From the NCBI RefSeq assembly GCF_964204645.1, contig NC_134026.1:14418150-14482149 (forward strand): DNA of 64,000 nt. Direction: 5' to 3'. The position numbers were made by a program, and so were the translations under genes. This document shows positions 1 through 12,156 of this stretch, piece by piece. Origin of the DNA: Tubulanus polymorphus. Taxonomy: Eukaryota > Animalia > Nemertea. Position 1 is the stretch's first letter. The number at the start of each line of letters is the position of its first letter. The notes below the pieces were generated by a model. That model did no database searches and had not been told where the DNA came from. It saw only the letters and a list, made by a program, of their open reading frames with translations.

Positions 1-329
1 GCTAGCGTATCTATTTAACACCCGTATTACTCGGGTGACTTTTACTACCAACGGGTGGCGCTGTGTGTAAATTTCTCATGAATCAACGACTTTCGGCTAT
101 TAGCGGTACTTAAGACCACTTGAAAACATCATAGTCAATTACGGTAGTAGTGAAAATAAAAAGTTACAGTTCGGTGTACAGCACCATAGCACCCATATAA
201 TACCACATACATTTTATTCAGACTAAGGACTTAGTTAACACTGATCTTCATTTCCATTAATTAATGATCTGTTGAATTAATTAGTAATTCAGTCTTTCGG
301 TGGTTCGAGATAAAATGCCCGCAAAATAA

Positions 330-1000
330 GAACTAACGAACCAGGGCTGACCACAAATTGCCCAACAGATAAATTTTCCGAAACGACACAATAATGTTTA
401 GTATCAAATAACTCGTGGCGTGGACCTTGGTCTATCAACTGACCAATGCATGACCAGTACTGGCTATATAGTAAATTATCTGTTTTGCAAACAATTAAGT
501 TATTTGGTGCCAAATAACTAGATATAATGTGGACATTAAACTAAAAATTGTTTAACTGACTAATGCTTGACCAGTACTGACCAGTTACCACTAACTAGAA
601 CCCACCATATGTAATTTATATGTTTAGTAAAGCAATAAAATCGTGTTTGGGCGTCGAGCTACTAGATACGGTGCGGGCTATGATCTAACAACTATTTAAC
701 TGACCAATATTTTACCAATACTGACCTTAAAGTAATTTGTTTATTCTAGAAGCAACACAGTCGTGTTTGGTGTCAAATAATTAGAAATGGTGTGGGCTTT
801 CATCTAACAACTATTCAAGTGACCAAATCTTGACCAATACTGACCACATAGCTATATTTATCTGTTTCGGACACAACTGAGTCGTGTCTCGTATCAAATA
901 ATTTCATTCGGTCTGAACGTAAATATAACAACTCTTTTACCTGTACAAGCTACAGCAGTACTGTCTAATTACCGGTTAAATGTTTTTAGAAATAACACGG
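330..1000. repeat. Degenerate tandem array, ~120-bp unit
   Basis: Recurring TGACCA..TGACCA(G/A)TACTGACC blocks near 440, 557, 700 and 820, each with a TTTGG(T)GTCAAATAA(C/T)TAGA-like block. Confidence 0.55.
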
Positions 1001-3108
1001 GGTATTGCCTGAATCCTTCGTCAGTACTACTCTTATTAAATGTGTCGTTTTAAAAGTCTTGTCCAATTTTTATTGTAGGAAGCGAGCTAACTTTGAAATT
1101 TCCCACTAAATGCAAAAGATTTTCACATCGGGTTTTGAACGAACAACGTTTCGATTTGTAATTGTAACGTGCGCATTTTAGCCTGTAACGTGCACATTTC
1201 ACTAGTGTGAACGTGCGTATCGGTACCATTATGCGAAACTTGTCAAACTTTTGCGTTCAAGACGTTTAAACTGAACACTAAAGGAGATCATCAAAGTTAA
1301 TCGCCTCATATGAAATATATATTCGTTATAAGGGATGTAGTAGTTCAGTGAGAATTCAAACTTATGGGTAATTTTACGTGATCACAACGCTGACCAATAG
1401 AGAAAGCTGTATCACAACAGAAGTGCGACTAACGTATCTTATTGAAACATTGTAAAATACCGGAGAGTAAATGGGAGAACCCTGAATTCGAAACAATTCC
1501 ACACTCGGATCGTTGACTTTGAAAACACAATTTGCAATTTGTGGACATCCATTATTTCTGCACCAAAAGCATGAAGTATATTATCTTTGCTCGTAAAAAT
1601 TTGAAATTTTGAGGAAGATTTTTGGCCTCGTTAACCTGTGAACACGTCCTTCATATATTTTCTAAGACCGATCTTGATATAATGCTTAGAGTTTAGAGAA
1701 AATTATGGTAGGATGTAAACTTAGGCCGCTTCGTATCCGTGGAAGGTTGCTAATTATTGATCTTATACACAATACGGTACGTAACACGAGACTCCATAGA
1801 ATATCGTTTTTCAATCATACGTACACAAATTATTGCGATATAAAGATAAATAGTACTTTAATATACTTTTTACTTCTTATACTGAATATTTCCTTAGTAG
1901 TATTAATAAAGAGTGGATCAGCAGGCTACCTGAGCCCATTCCACGATTTGAGGTCAGTTGCCAAAAGTTAGTAAGTTTACATACCAGTGGATAGTTAACA
2001 TTTAAAATGACAATTACAACTTCATTGCTAAAAATAACTTTGTATTCGTAGAATAGTCACACTCAAATGCGGAGAATTGATAATACCATAATACGATACG
2101 AAAATTCACTGTGTACAAATTCAAAAAGATGATCTCTAGTGAACGATCGAACGTTGTGTCGTTATTTTCTAATGATAAAACTTGGTTTGAGATTTGAAAT
2201 GTGTACATATTGGATCTTTTTCATATTAACAGTGTATTTGGTCATGTATCATATTGTATAATGGTTAATTTAAACTAACTGGTTTTAGAGTTGTATCCTT
2301 AAATCCTGTAATAGAGGATGCAATCTTTTTGCGGCAAACAGTACAAATAGCTAGAAAAAGCAACGATAGTGCATTGGTAAACTTAAAGCAAGCGTACATT
2401 GGTTGTTTAGGTTTTTCGTTGGGAAAATTAATGTTCAATCATTATTGAAATATCCGAGGCGAGCTTTTCCAGGAATTTTACAAAGTTGAGCTTTACAAAA
2501 GGAATTTTTTTGTAGTCCGATATCCGTGATTACCTCTGGCTTGGAGAGATACAATCTAAAACCAACCGTCGAGTCAAATATTTTACCACAATTTTCTATG
2601 ATTAGTAAAAAGATTAAGTAATAGACATAGGCATGCAAACAGTAATATCTGAAGTCCACTCCATTTCAAACTCATTCATCTTTACACAAACTCCAACTTG
2701 TTGAACAGTTCAAAATCGCGTGGCTTGAATTATTACGATAACTAAAATCAGGGACCACGATACTTGCTCATCTACACTGGCTTCCAATTTAACAAAGGAT
2801 TGAATTTGAGTGTTTGATGTTGTAACAATAGGCCAACCATACTGAATTACGGATTCACTTTCTACTTTTTGATTGAACATTTATATCACATATTGGGTCA
2901 TTTCATTTTTACCAGTATAGGCCTAATTGGAAGAACCTATCCGTATATCATGTTTAATTTTATATAATCTGACTTTTGAGATGTCATTCAATCAATGCAT
3001 TCATATGCGGTCGTCGCTTTCAAAAGCCACCACGGACTGACTCCTTAGCGATACCTTGGCGGACGATCCCACACGTTTCTTGCTCCAGCCCTAGAATGCT
3101 CAATTATA

Positions 3109-3515
3109 AAGCGCTTTTACGAAATTGAATTTGATTCGGTTCAGCTAAATCCGATTCGATGTTGGAAAACGTAAGGATTAGTAAATCGAATCGTTTTTCG
3201 TAAATGAGTCGAATCAATTCATCAATCTAAAGGTCGCGATTCGAAACGAAATGGGCGTCAATGGTGACCGAATTATTGGTAGATGATGCTCTGCAATAGA
3301 TGTCTTTAGCCTGCGGTCGAAGAGGACGCCATGTTGGATTTCACTGACTAATTCGCCACTAACTTGCTCGCCGGGCAAGTTAGTCGATTTAATAAATCAA
3401 TTTACTAAACCGCGTCCATAAACGAGTTGATTTACCAAATCGGATTCACTAAACCGCGTGCCGTAAACGTGAAACTTAAATCGATTTACAAAGATTCAGT
3501 TTCGTAAAAGCGCCT
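3109..3515. mobile_element. MITE with terminal inverted repeats
   Basis: Left AGCGCTTTTACGAAATTGAAT and right ATTCAGTTTCGTAAAAGCGCC are near-perfect inverted repeats flanked by TATA; no coding capacity. Confidence 0.65.
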
Positions 3516-3519
3516 ATAG

Positions 3520-3660
3520 TCGTCATGAACACCCGATTTGAATTCAAATTCAAAAGACTCCTAAAAACGCACCTGTTTACTCGATTACTGTAAAGCGCTT
3601 GAGCATTTATATGCAAGAATCAGTGAAATTGGCGCTTTATCAGTTGTATTCATCATTCAA
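3520..3660 (+). mobile_element. L2-type LINE 3' end remnant
   Basis: Reads FKRLLKTHLF, followed by the TGTAAAGCGCTTGAG...GGCGCTTTAT tail characteristic of L2 3' ends. Confidence 0.55.
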
Positions 3661-5279
3661 ACCATTATTCTCCTTATCCTATGAATTTGGAGACCCATCC
3701 TCGCATGAGAATGAATATAATGTGATTTCAATTAAAGATGACACATGGCCTCATATCATTACGTTATGTTTTTTAACGGGTGGGCGAGAGTATATTCTTA
3801 TGTTTTTGTTTCATTGAATGTCGCTATTTAAGAGTTCAATAATAATTTCAGTCAACCAAACAAAGGATTTTTCTGTATGTTTCGTGTCCTGTTTTTCCAT
3901 AACCCTAGGACTGCATTTTAGGTATTTTTCGTGGATGACCGAACGCTGCTGTCCCTTTCTAGTAATTTGATGATATCTGTCGAAATCTAAATTTTAAAAA
4001 GGAATCAGGCATATCTCCTTGTTTGACTAAGTAAGAACTCAACTTTAAGGGACACTCCCTTAAAGGCGCCGAAGTAAAATCATGTGGCGAGTGGAGATGA
4101 TATTGTGTCAGAATTTGTTCAAAAGCGGAGAAAATTGAATGTTATGAAAATAATGATTTCACATGTATGTTTGAATCCGTTATAACTGGAGCAATTTTCA
4201 TAAAAACATATCTATGGAATCAACGAAATGTAATTAAGAAGAATACTATGTTTAAGATGTTATCAAAGGCATTTGAAAAAAGTTTTCTGATTTCGTCAAC
4301 TGTGAAACTAGTGTCAACCAGATGTGTTCCCATTAAACGAACCGACTGCGAGCCGAGTCGATGTGAGATGTGACCTACACTGAAAATCTCAAGCGCTACC
4401 ACTGGTTTTTAGGTGCTTCTGAATATCGGCCGTTAAAAAACTAAACAATTGCCATTTGGAAAGGGCCTAGTTAGAGAAAATGCTAGATGTGTATATTGTG
4501 TGATATTTCACACAATATACTGTGGGTTTGGAATTTAACCTTGTTCATAACGAAACACACATGTTCTTTTCTATTTTAGAAGAGCGCATGATAGTGCAAT
4601 AAAGAACTGGCAATGAAAAAGGGGTAACAGGTGACTGATATCACACCGAATTTCAATTCCTATGAACACTTTTCATATAGTGAATTCTGTACAAGTGTTA
4701 AAATAAACTTGAAATATTAACGAAACAGTTTTTGACGGACAAATCGTTACCATCGAATTTTCAAAACTTTTTTAATGCCTTGGTGACCACTGGTCTAGTA
4801 CGCGGTTTTCTGAAACAAAAGTGGCCAAGTTTAAAGAACGACAAATGATTACAAATATTAGGAGCCTAATGCGTTTAATGATTTAATTAATTGGCATCGC
4901 GCTGATTGGTTGAAAGACGGTTGTTAGTCATCTTGCATGTGATTTAATTGTTTTTTTAAGCATCGATTAACCATAGATTTAATCTTATCATAACTTATTT
5001 GCAGGTGCTTCTCGCAAACATTTTCTATTCGTTTTCAAACGCAGTACTGTTCAGATGATTCGCGTCGAGCTTTGAGTCAAGGAGTAAAAAAGTTTATGTA
5101 TTAGCATTACTATGCAGTCAAAATTACGCACTGCGGCAAGTGAGGTGCTGTGATCCAGATGTGTAACCTATTTAGGAGTAATATATTTCCATCATGTCAA
5201 CGCCATTCAGAAACAGTAGCAAAACATACTGCTGGTCTCTAGAAATAACAATACGACGACAACCACTTTCGAATTCGAC

Positions 5280-5705
5280 GATGTTCGAGAAGTTTCACTT
5301 GGGCAGTGGTGGTCAGTGATGGTCAATTTATGAATTCTAATGGGGAATGCTTTCTAGTTTCACACCAAATGCGGTACCGGTATATCTTTCTTACATTCGA
5401 GAAGTTTCAATTGGTCAGTGGTGGTCAGTGATGGTCAATTCATGAATTTTCAATGGCGAATCCTTTCTAGTTTGACACCATAACGCGGTATATCGTTCTC
5501 ATATTCGAGAAGTTTGAATTGGTCAGTGGTGGTCAGTGATGGTCAATTTATGAATTCTCAATATCTATGGCGAATCCTTTCTAGTTTGACACCATAACGC
5601 GGTATATCGAACTCATATTCGAGAAGTTCGAAATGGTCAGTGGTGGTCAGTGATGGTCAATTTATGAATTTGCAATGATGATACTTCGGTAGTTTGAAAA
5701 CAAAC
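5280..5705. repeat. Tandem array, 4 x ~110 bp
   Basis: TTCGAGAAGTT...GGTCAGTGGTGGTCAGTGATGGTCAATT(T/C)ATGAATT recurs at about 5284, 5396, 5504 and 5617. Confidence 0.85.
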
Positions 5706-6197
5706 ATGACTTGATAAATTTCCGAAATTCGCAGTCAGGTGTTCAGACTCGGGAATATCTCAATTGGTCAGTTTCTGACCATCATGGTGTCACCATGTGG
5801 TCTATAGCTCAAATAAAACACGTGGGACCGACGAAAGGGCCCAAAAGCGTAAGTCATTTCCTGAGTGATGTGATCCAAAAATGCCCTAACTGGAACCAAA
5901 TCGGACAGAACAATTAAAATTTGGGAAGGCCACAGCAAGTGGTCTTTCTACGAAGCCCACGCGGTAGGCCTATACTTTGAGCGTATCATTATGAAATCTT
6001 TTTTTAAACCACCATGTACCACATTAAGTAATAAGCATCGTTGTAAGCACTTGAAACACCCATTAACCACTTGAAACTGTCAGATCAATCATCATACCGC
6101 ATCCCCGCAAAGAGGGGTAGTTCAGCAAACCGGAGCTTTCATTTGCCTATCTAGACTACCCCGCCAGTACGGGTAGCCGAGCAAACCGGAAAACTCA

Positions 6198-6787
6198 TAA
6201 TGCATTATTTTGGTTTTATCGCCCGCGACAATTCATTATTTTGGTTTTATCGCCCGCGACAATTCATTATTTTGGTTTTGTCGCCCGCGACAATTCATTA
6301 TTTTGGTTTTGTCGCCCGAGACAATTCATTATTTTGGTTTTATATTTTGTTTTTGTCGTCCGCGACAATTTTTTTTTTTGGTTTTGTCGCCCGCGACAAT
6401 TCATTATTTTGGTTTTGTCGCACGTGACAATTCAATATTTTGTTTTTGTCGCCCGAGACAATTCATTATTTTGGTTTTATCGCCCGCGACAATTCATTAT
6501 TTTGGTTTTGTCGCCCGCGACAATTCTTCTTTTTGGTTTTGTCGCCCGAGACAATTCATCATTTTGGTTTTATCTTTTGTTTTTGTCGCCCGTGACAATT
6601 TTTTTTTTGGTTCTGTCGCCCGGGAGAATTCAATATTTTGGTTTTATCGCCCGCGATAATTCATTATTTTGGTTTTGTCGCCCGCGACAATTCATTATTT
6701 TGGTTTTGTCGCACGAGACAATTCAATGTTTTGGTTTTATCACCCGCGACAATTCATTAGTTTGGTTTTGTCGCCCGCGACAATTCT
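6198..6787. repeat. 31-bp minisatellite, left part
   Basis: Unit TTGGTTTTGTCGCCCGCGACAATTCATTATT repeated many times; explains the spurious ORFs at 6200-6942. Confidence 0.95.
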
Positions 6788-8172
6788 TTTTCAGTCCACT
6801 TGGGACTTTAGTCCCAGTGGGCTATTGCGTTCACTTTTCGTCCGTCCGTCCATCCATAGACGGAATCCAGTTATTTCGGGAAGTTTTGAAGACGCTTCAA
6901 GGTAATGTCTTGATATTTGGTTTATACATGTATCTCCCCTAGACACATCGTCAGCCCAAAAACTGGCCCTGTCAGATTCAAGATGGTCGACTTGCAGCCA
7001 TTGTTGTTTGCCAAAATCAGCACTTTTTAAACATTTTCGAAGTTTTCGTGGGAAATTTTGAAGACGCTTTGATCAATTACCTTGATCTTTCGTTTATATT
7101 TGAATCTACCAAAGGCCCATCAGCATAAGAAAATTGGGTCGATCTGACTCAAGATGGCCGTCCTATGACCTTTTTAGTGCCCAAACATGTCAATTTGGTT
7201 TGCCATTTCTCATTGCAATTGCTGATGGGTATTCTTTAGAGAGGGATGTTTTATACCTGGGACAGGTATTTTGATCAGCCAATTATGACGCAATTGGCGG
7301 CCATCTTGGTGTCATCAGTACTCATTCGTAGGTGGGAAAAAGTTTTTCCACATTAAATTGATACCTAAGCATATTGTGTTACTATATTCAATTGGAAAGT
7401 TGTAGCCCATAACGTGTTCTATGATTTTGGTGAGTTTCAAGGTCATTGGTTTTTGTATGTGGCCATCAGGGGGCGTTGAATAATACAATAACTTAGTATC
7501 GCTATATTATATTTGTACCAAGGCATATTTTGTTACCATGATCAATTGCAAAGTTGTAGTTCATGACATCTTCTATGATTGTGGTGAGTTTTTAAGGACA
7601 TTAGTTATTCCATATAGACACCAGGGGGCGTTGAATAGTATAAAAGCTTAGTTTTTCCTTATTAGATTGGTACCTAGGCATAGTTTGTTACCATGATCCA
7701 TAGCAAAGTTGTAGTTCATGACATCGTCTATGATTGTGGTGAGTTTTTAAGGACATTAGTTATTCCATATAGTCACCAGGGGGCGCTGAATAGTAGTATG
7801 GCTTAGTATTTCCTTATTAGATTGGTACCTAGGCATATTTTGTTACTACGATCAATTGCAAAGTGGTATTTCATGACATGTACTACGATTGTGGTGAGTT
7901 TTAAGGTCATTGGGGTTTGCATATGGTCACCAGGGGGCGTTGAATAGTAGAATAACTTAGTATTTCCATATTAAATTGGTAACGAGGCATATTTTGTTAT
8001 CACAATCAATTACAAAATCAAAGCTGCTCACATGTTCTATGATTGTTGTGGGTTTCAAGGTCATTGGTTTTTGTATATGGTCACTAGAGGGCGTTATGTA
8101 TTGAAATTGTTAGATTGTTGAGAATTTGAAACCACTTTCCAAGTGAGCATGGTGTCCCTGGACCCCTAGTTT
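6788..8172 (+). mobile_element. Helentron-associated non-autonomous element (HINE/DINE-1-like) inserted in the minisatellite
   Basis: 5' T-run, palindrome CCACTTGGGACT-TT-AGTCCCAGTGG and (GTCC)n microsatellite; 3' subTIR CAAGTGAGC, short stem-loop and CTAGTT; the satellite resumes right after. Confidence 0.75.
7345..8095. repeat. Internal tandem array of the HINE, ~5 x 155 bp
   Basis: GTACC(T/A)AGGCATA-like anchor at about 7361, 7515, 7670, 7825 and 7979; each unit carries CA(C/T)CAGGGGGCG. Confidence 0.9.
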
Positions 8173-8281
8173 GGTTTTGTCGCCCGCGACAATTCATTAT
8201 TTTGGTTTTGTCGCACGCAACAATTCAATATTTTGTTTTTGCCGTCCGCGACAATTCATTATTTTGGTTCTATCGCCCGCG
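8171..8281. repeat. 31-bp minisatellite, right part
   Basis: Same TTGGTTTTGTCGCCCGCGACAATTC unit as 6198-6787. Confidence 0.9.
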
Positions 8282-8474
8282 TTAGACCGTCTCATTCCAA
8301 GATGAGGCGTTCCGTTGATTTTGGTTACAAGTTTCCGTTCAGAGATAACTGCTGAGCCATTTGGGCGACCTATCATTGATACTGTTTCCTAATAGCCTGT
8401 TTAGTAATGGCTGATGTTGAGCATTATCAAATGCTTTGTTGAAATCCACCGTTGAACAGGATTCTGAGACTGTG

Positions 8475-8800
8475 CAGAAAACCCGTTATCGCTGCTTTGC
8501 AGCTATATTTATTATTATTATTATTTTTTTCCACACATTTTTTTGTCAAAAGTACATAGGCTTTTTTACATTACCGCTGTTGCCGATACAATCCGTCTGA
8601 TATCATTCAGCTCAGTTCGATCTACAAATACTCCGTGCGAATTTTGAAGAATCAGCGTTACAAAAGCACTGTCGGGCCGTAAACATCGAAAATTGAGCCC
8701 CATTCAAAGAGCCGACATGTTTTTCTAAGTCGTCTTTCCGAAATCTACCGCACGTTTCTTGTCACATCGATTATCAATTCAAGCATAAATTAACAAATTT
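8475..8800 (+). mobile_element. Helentron-type element 3' end joined to the body of another copy
   Basis: CAGAAAACCCGTTATCGCTGCTTTGCAGCTATATTT (subTIR plus GCTGC/GCAGC hairpin), then sequence matching the 5' body at 20497-20700. Confidence 0.6.
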
Positions 8801-9850
8801 ATTACCGAAAGATTGCACATTCTGTCGCGGTTTTTAAAAACTAATTTTAACAGTAACCCATTTTCCTCATCAAATTATATTACTTATACACAATATTTAC
8901 TACTGTAGATTTTAAAAGCACTGTCGAGAGCACTGTCGAGCCGTAAACATCGACAAATCGACGTGTGTCACTACATCGTCGTTCCGGGGCTGAGAATCAA
9001 ATCGAGTACAAATTAATTTATTACTACCAGTGATTTGGCTGCGGGCGTTAAGCATTTAATTTAGCAATACCTATTTTTCTTTACCAAATTAACCGTGTTT
9101 TTACTAAGATAAATCATGAGTGTACCAGGGAGTCGTAGGCCTAAAGTAAACACGCCGAAGAGATATAGAGGAGAAAAGCTGTTATGTCGACGAGGTATCA
9201 AAATAAAATAATATATTACTTTATTCGGCCGCGGGCTTCAACCTCTATATCAATACCATCAATACTCTATATTTCCTACAGTACATACCGATCATTGTCA
9301 AATGCACAAGGTATTTACTAAATACAAGTATATAACACACTCCTTTCCGTATGCTGGAGTCAAACTTGAAATTTGGAGTAAGCGTTCGCTGTGGGGGAAA
9401 GGAGATCGTTCGCTTTGTCGCTTGAAGTGTTTATCGAGTTTTACGTGGCTTTAGGCCTACCGGTATTGAGCTTTACTGTCTCAAACAAACACAGTATAAT
9501 TGTTGCGTTTATTAACGGACTCATTGGATTGAACTTCAAAACAAAATTTCGACATTTAGGAGGGTTGTTATTCAATAGGCCCACGACCAATCTGTCCGGA
9601 TGTTAGGCCTACGCAGGCTAGTAGCCTCTACTAGGTTAAAGCTAAGTTCACTGTAAAGGAGGAATCAGATTTATTAAAGTGCATGTTAATTAGTGATTTA
9701 CTGGTTCTGACTTGTAACGATCAATCACAATTATCAATTTTATTGACAAAAATGAAGATTTTTTGGAAAATTTCGTCTGAGCAGACAGCTTTATAAGCCA
9801 GACTTTTCATCATAAATGAAACTGGTATTTCTTTAATTCCTATGACTTAA

Positions 9851-10176
9851 GCCGGGGGTGGGTCGGCCTTGCGATGGCTTGTGACTTACTGCGAGGCCAT
9901 TCACTGCGACCGCCAGCGACGATTGTGTCGCAACGACTCATCGACCTACGCTCCCTTGCGACAGGTTGTGACTGTCAGCAACGCCAGTGACAAGGAGTCG
10001 CACGTGTTCTACTTTCTGCAACGCGACACGACTGTCACAACCGACCTACGTGCTCTTGCGACTGGCAGAAACTAGTTGCACACAGTCGCTGACAATCATA
10101 TCGCAACCGATTTGCACCGAAACTTGCGATGCAACGCGAGGATCGCATCGCGTCACAAGGCCAACCTACATCCGGC
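9851..10176. mobile_element. MITE with ~26-bp TIRs
   Basis: GCCGGGGGTGGGTCGGCCTTGCGATG versus reverse complement of the right end GCCGGATGTAGGTTGGCCTTGTGACG; internal GCGAC/GTCGC motifs. Confidence 0.6.
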
Positions 10177-10519
10177 GTCGAGTTACTGCGGAGCCCCAGA
10201 AATATCTTTTTTCTCGTTCAAAAGACCTTTCGCTTGTAAATTCTTTCTACGGAACAAAATTTATTTCGTTCGAACCAATAATATTCTGTTCGATTGAACC
10301 AATTTGAAAAAATCGTTAGAACAAAGTTGAACAAATATTTGTTGAAACAAAAGGTTTTTTCGTTCGAACAATCGTCCGATCTAACAGAATCGTTTAAATT
10401 TGAACAGAATTTTCTTGTTAGAACATTAAGTTTTTCGTTCGAACAAGTATATTGTAAAAAGATTTTTCTCCGAACCAAAAGTATTAAGTATTTTGTTCAA
10501 TCGAACAGAATTTTTTTTT

Positions 10520-12153
10520 CATTCATTACTTTCATTTTCAGTAATAAAAGAAGCAACCACCATATAATTAACATTTGTTTTCACAACTAGAAAAAAAACA
10601 GCGATAACGCATATTTTGTCGTGCGGTATGTAGCATCTAACAAAACATTTTCATTTCTATATCGACTGAATAACCTTTGTTGCCAATTTGTTTGCTGCAC
10701 AAACAGAAAGTTAGTCTTATCTGATGCATTTTTATCGCTTCTACACTTTGCCAGACGCAAAAAAAATTTTTATTGAGGATCCTGGCTTTGCCAATCTTCT
10801 ACTTTATGCTTGACATTTTTCTGGTCAATCAGTGATTTCCTGATATCTGATTTGATTTTATAGCAGTGCGTTCTAATTTCATGCATTGTTGGAAAGAAAC
10901 GGCGGTTCGATGAATTCGGTTGATCTCTACCAGCAAAAAGCACTTTCTTTAGCAGGAAAACCAAATGACGCTTAATTTCACTGGCATTGGTAACACCGTC
11001 ACTTATGAGTTCCTGCATACAGCTGACGAGACGTTTATCAATCGCTTGCGTCATACCACTGAACTATAACATCAAAAAGGAATTCAATAATTTAATATAT
11101 ATATAATACAGTCGAAACGGTCTAAACAGTGAGCTACTAACTTTCAACCAATTCAAAGGAATATAATAGCTAGGATGATGTTTTACATATAACATCATAT
11201 TCAGAAATTATCATATATTTTCTAGACATGATTTCCAGAATTCATACCTCACCACATAAATGGTTTTTGTGTTCAAGAGGAAACTGAATGAGCATCTGCT
11301 GCTGTACATCTGTTTTCTTTTTTTCTTTAAGGCAGTTAGTTCCGCAATTTTTTGGACGTCCCAGTCATTTTTGCCTCAGTGCAGTCGCCTTCAATCTTAA
11401 AGATGGAACATAGGTTTATCTAGAATTGCAATTGTGTTGCTATCATATCAATCTTCATGCAGTCCTGGACCGTGGATCTTGTATTGGTTTCTACGCAAGA
11501 TTCATATGCCTATGGTAACATGTCATCAGATACTAAGGTTTTTGGTGAATATTGATATACAATAAATACGATCAATTTACCTTGAATTCTGGGAATTTGA
11601 TGATTTCCCTGACTATTATCTGTGCAGGAGAGTCCATCTTTTTTGAAGTCTGAATCATCTTCTTCTGTTTTTGAAAAACATGGTCCTCCATTGCCTCTTC
11701 CTGTGAAATATGGGGTTGGAGATTAATGTTTCAGACATTGGGTGTTATTCAGGTGATAAAGTAAAACAGTCTATTTCAATATAGGTTATATCTAGGTATC
11801 CCAAAGGTACTAGATTTTAAGTTGGGATACTATATTTTAGAAATGGAGCCTTTTATTAAGGTTGTGGGAATGTAGTACTACATGTGTAGCTGGCTCTACT
11901 ACAATTACACTTTCAACTTAGTGTCCTAATAGCGATTTAGGATTTAGAAACATGAATTAACATAATAACCTGTCAGTTATCTAATTTTACGTACCTTTTT
12001 CTTATCATAATATTTCTTTCTAGCTTCTATCTTTCTGTCTTTGCCATGCTGACAGTCCATAATCAATTTACCGCCCATGACAAATGGTGTCCCGTCACAT
12101 TTTATCGGGTGACGCCATGATGTTGTCTTGGAGTTTGGATCCTTGAAGAAGAC
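10520..12153 (-). pseudogene. Intron-containing Mutator/MULE transposase with CaRF (ALS2CR8)-like N-terminal domain, pseudogenised
   Basis: GT-AG exons 12153-11995 (DGTPFV..MDCQHG), 11700-11581 (SKKMDSPAQIIVREIIKFPEFK), 11395-11248 (stop and frameshift) and 11063-~10520 (RFFPTMHEIRTH, then MULE motif LLDATYRTTKYALSLFFLVVKTNVNYMVVASFI). Confidence 0.75.
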
Positions 12154-12156
12154 CTG

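Noticed and set aside
2380-2960. Possible decayed LINE RT on the minus strand
   Set aside because: Motif traces are too degraded to support boundaries or a family call.
6200-6942. Overlapping repetitive ORFs and a CRISPR-like look
   Set aside because: Contiguous 31-bp tandem units with no unique spacers, no cas genes and a eukaryotic context; the ORFs are artefacts of the repeat.
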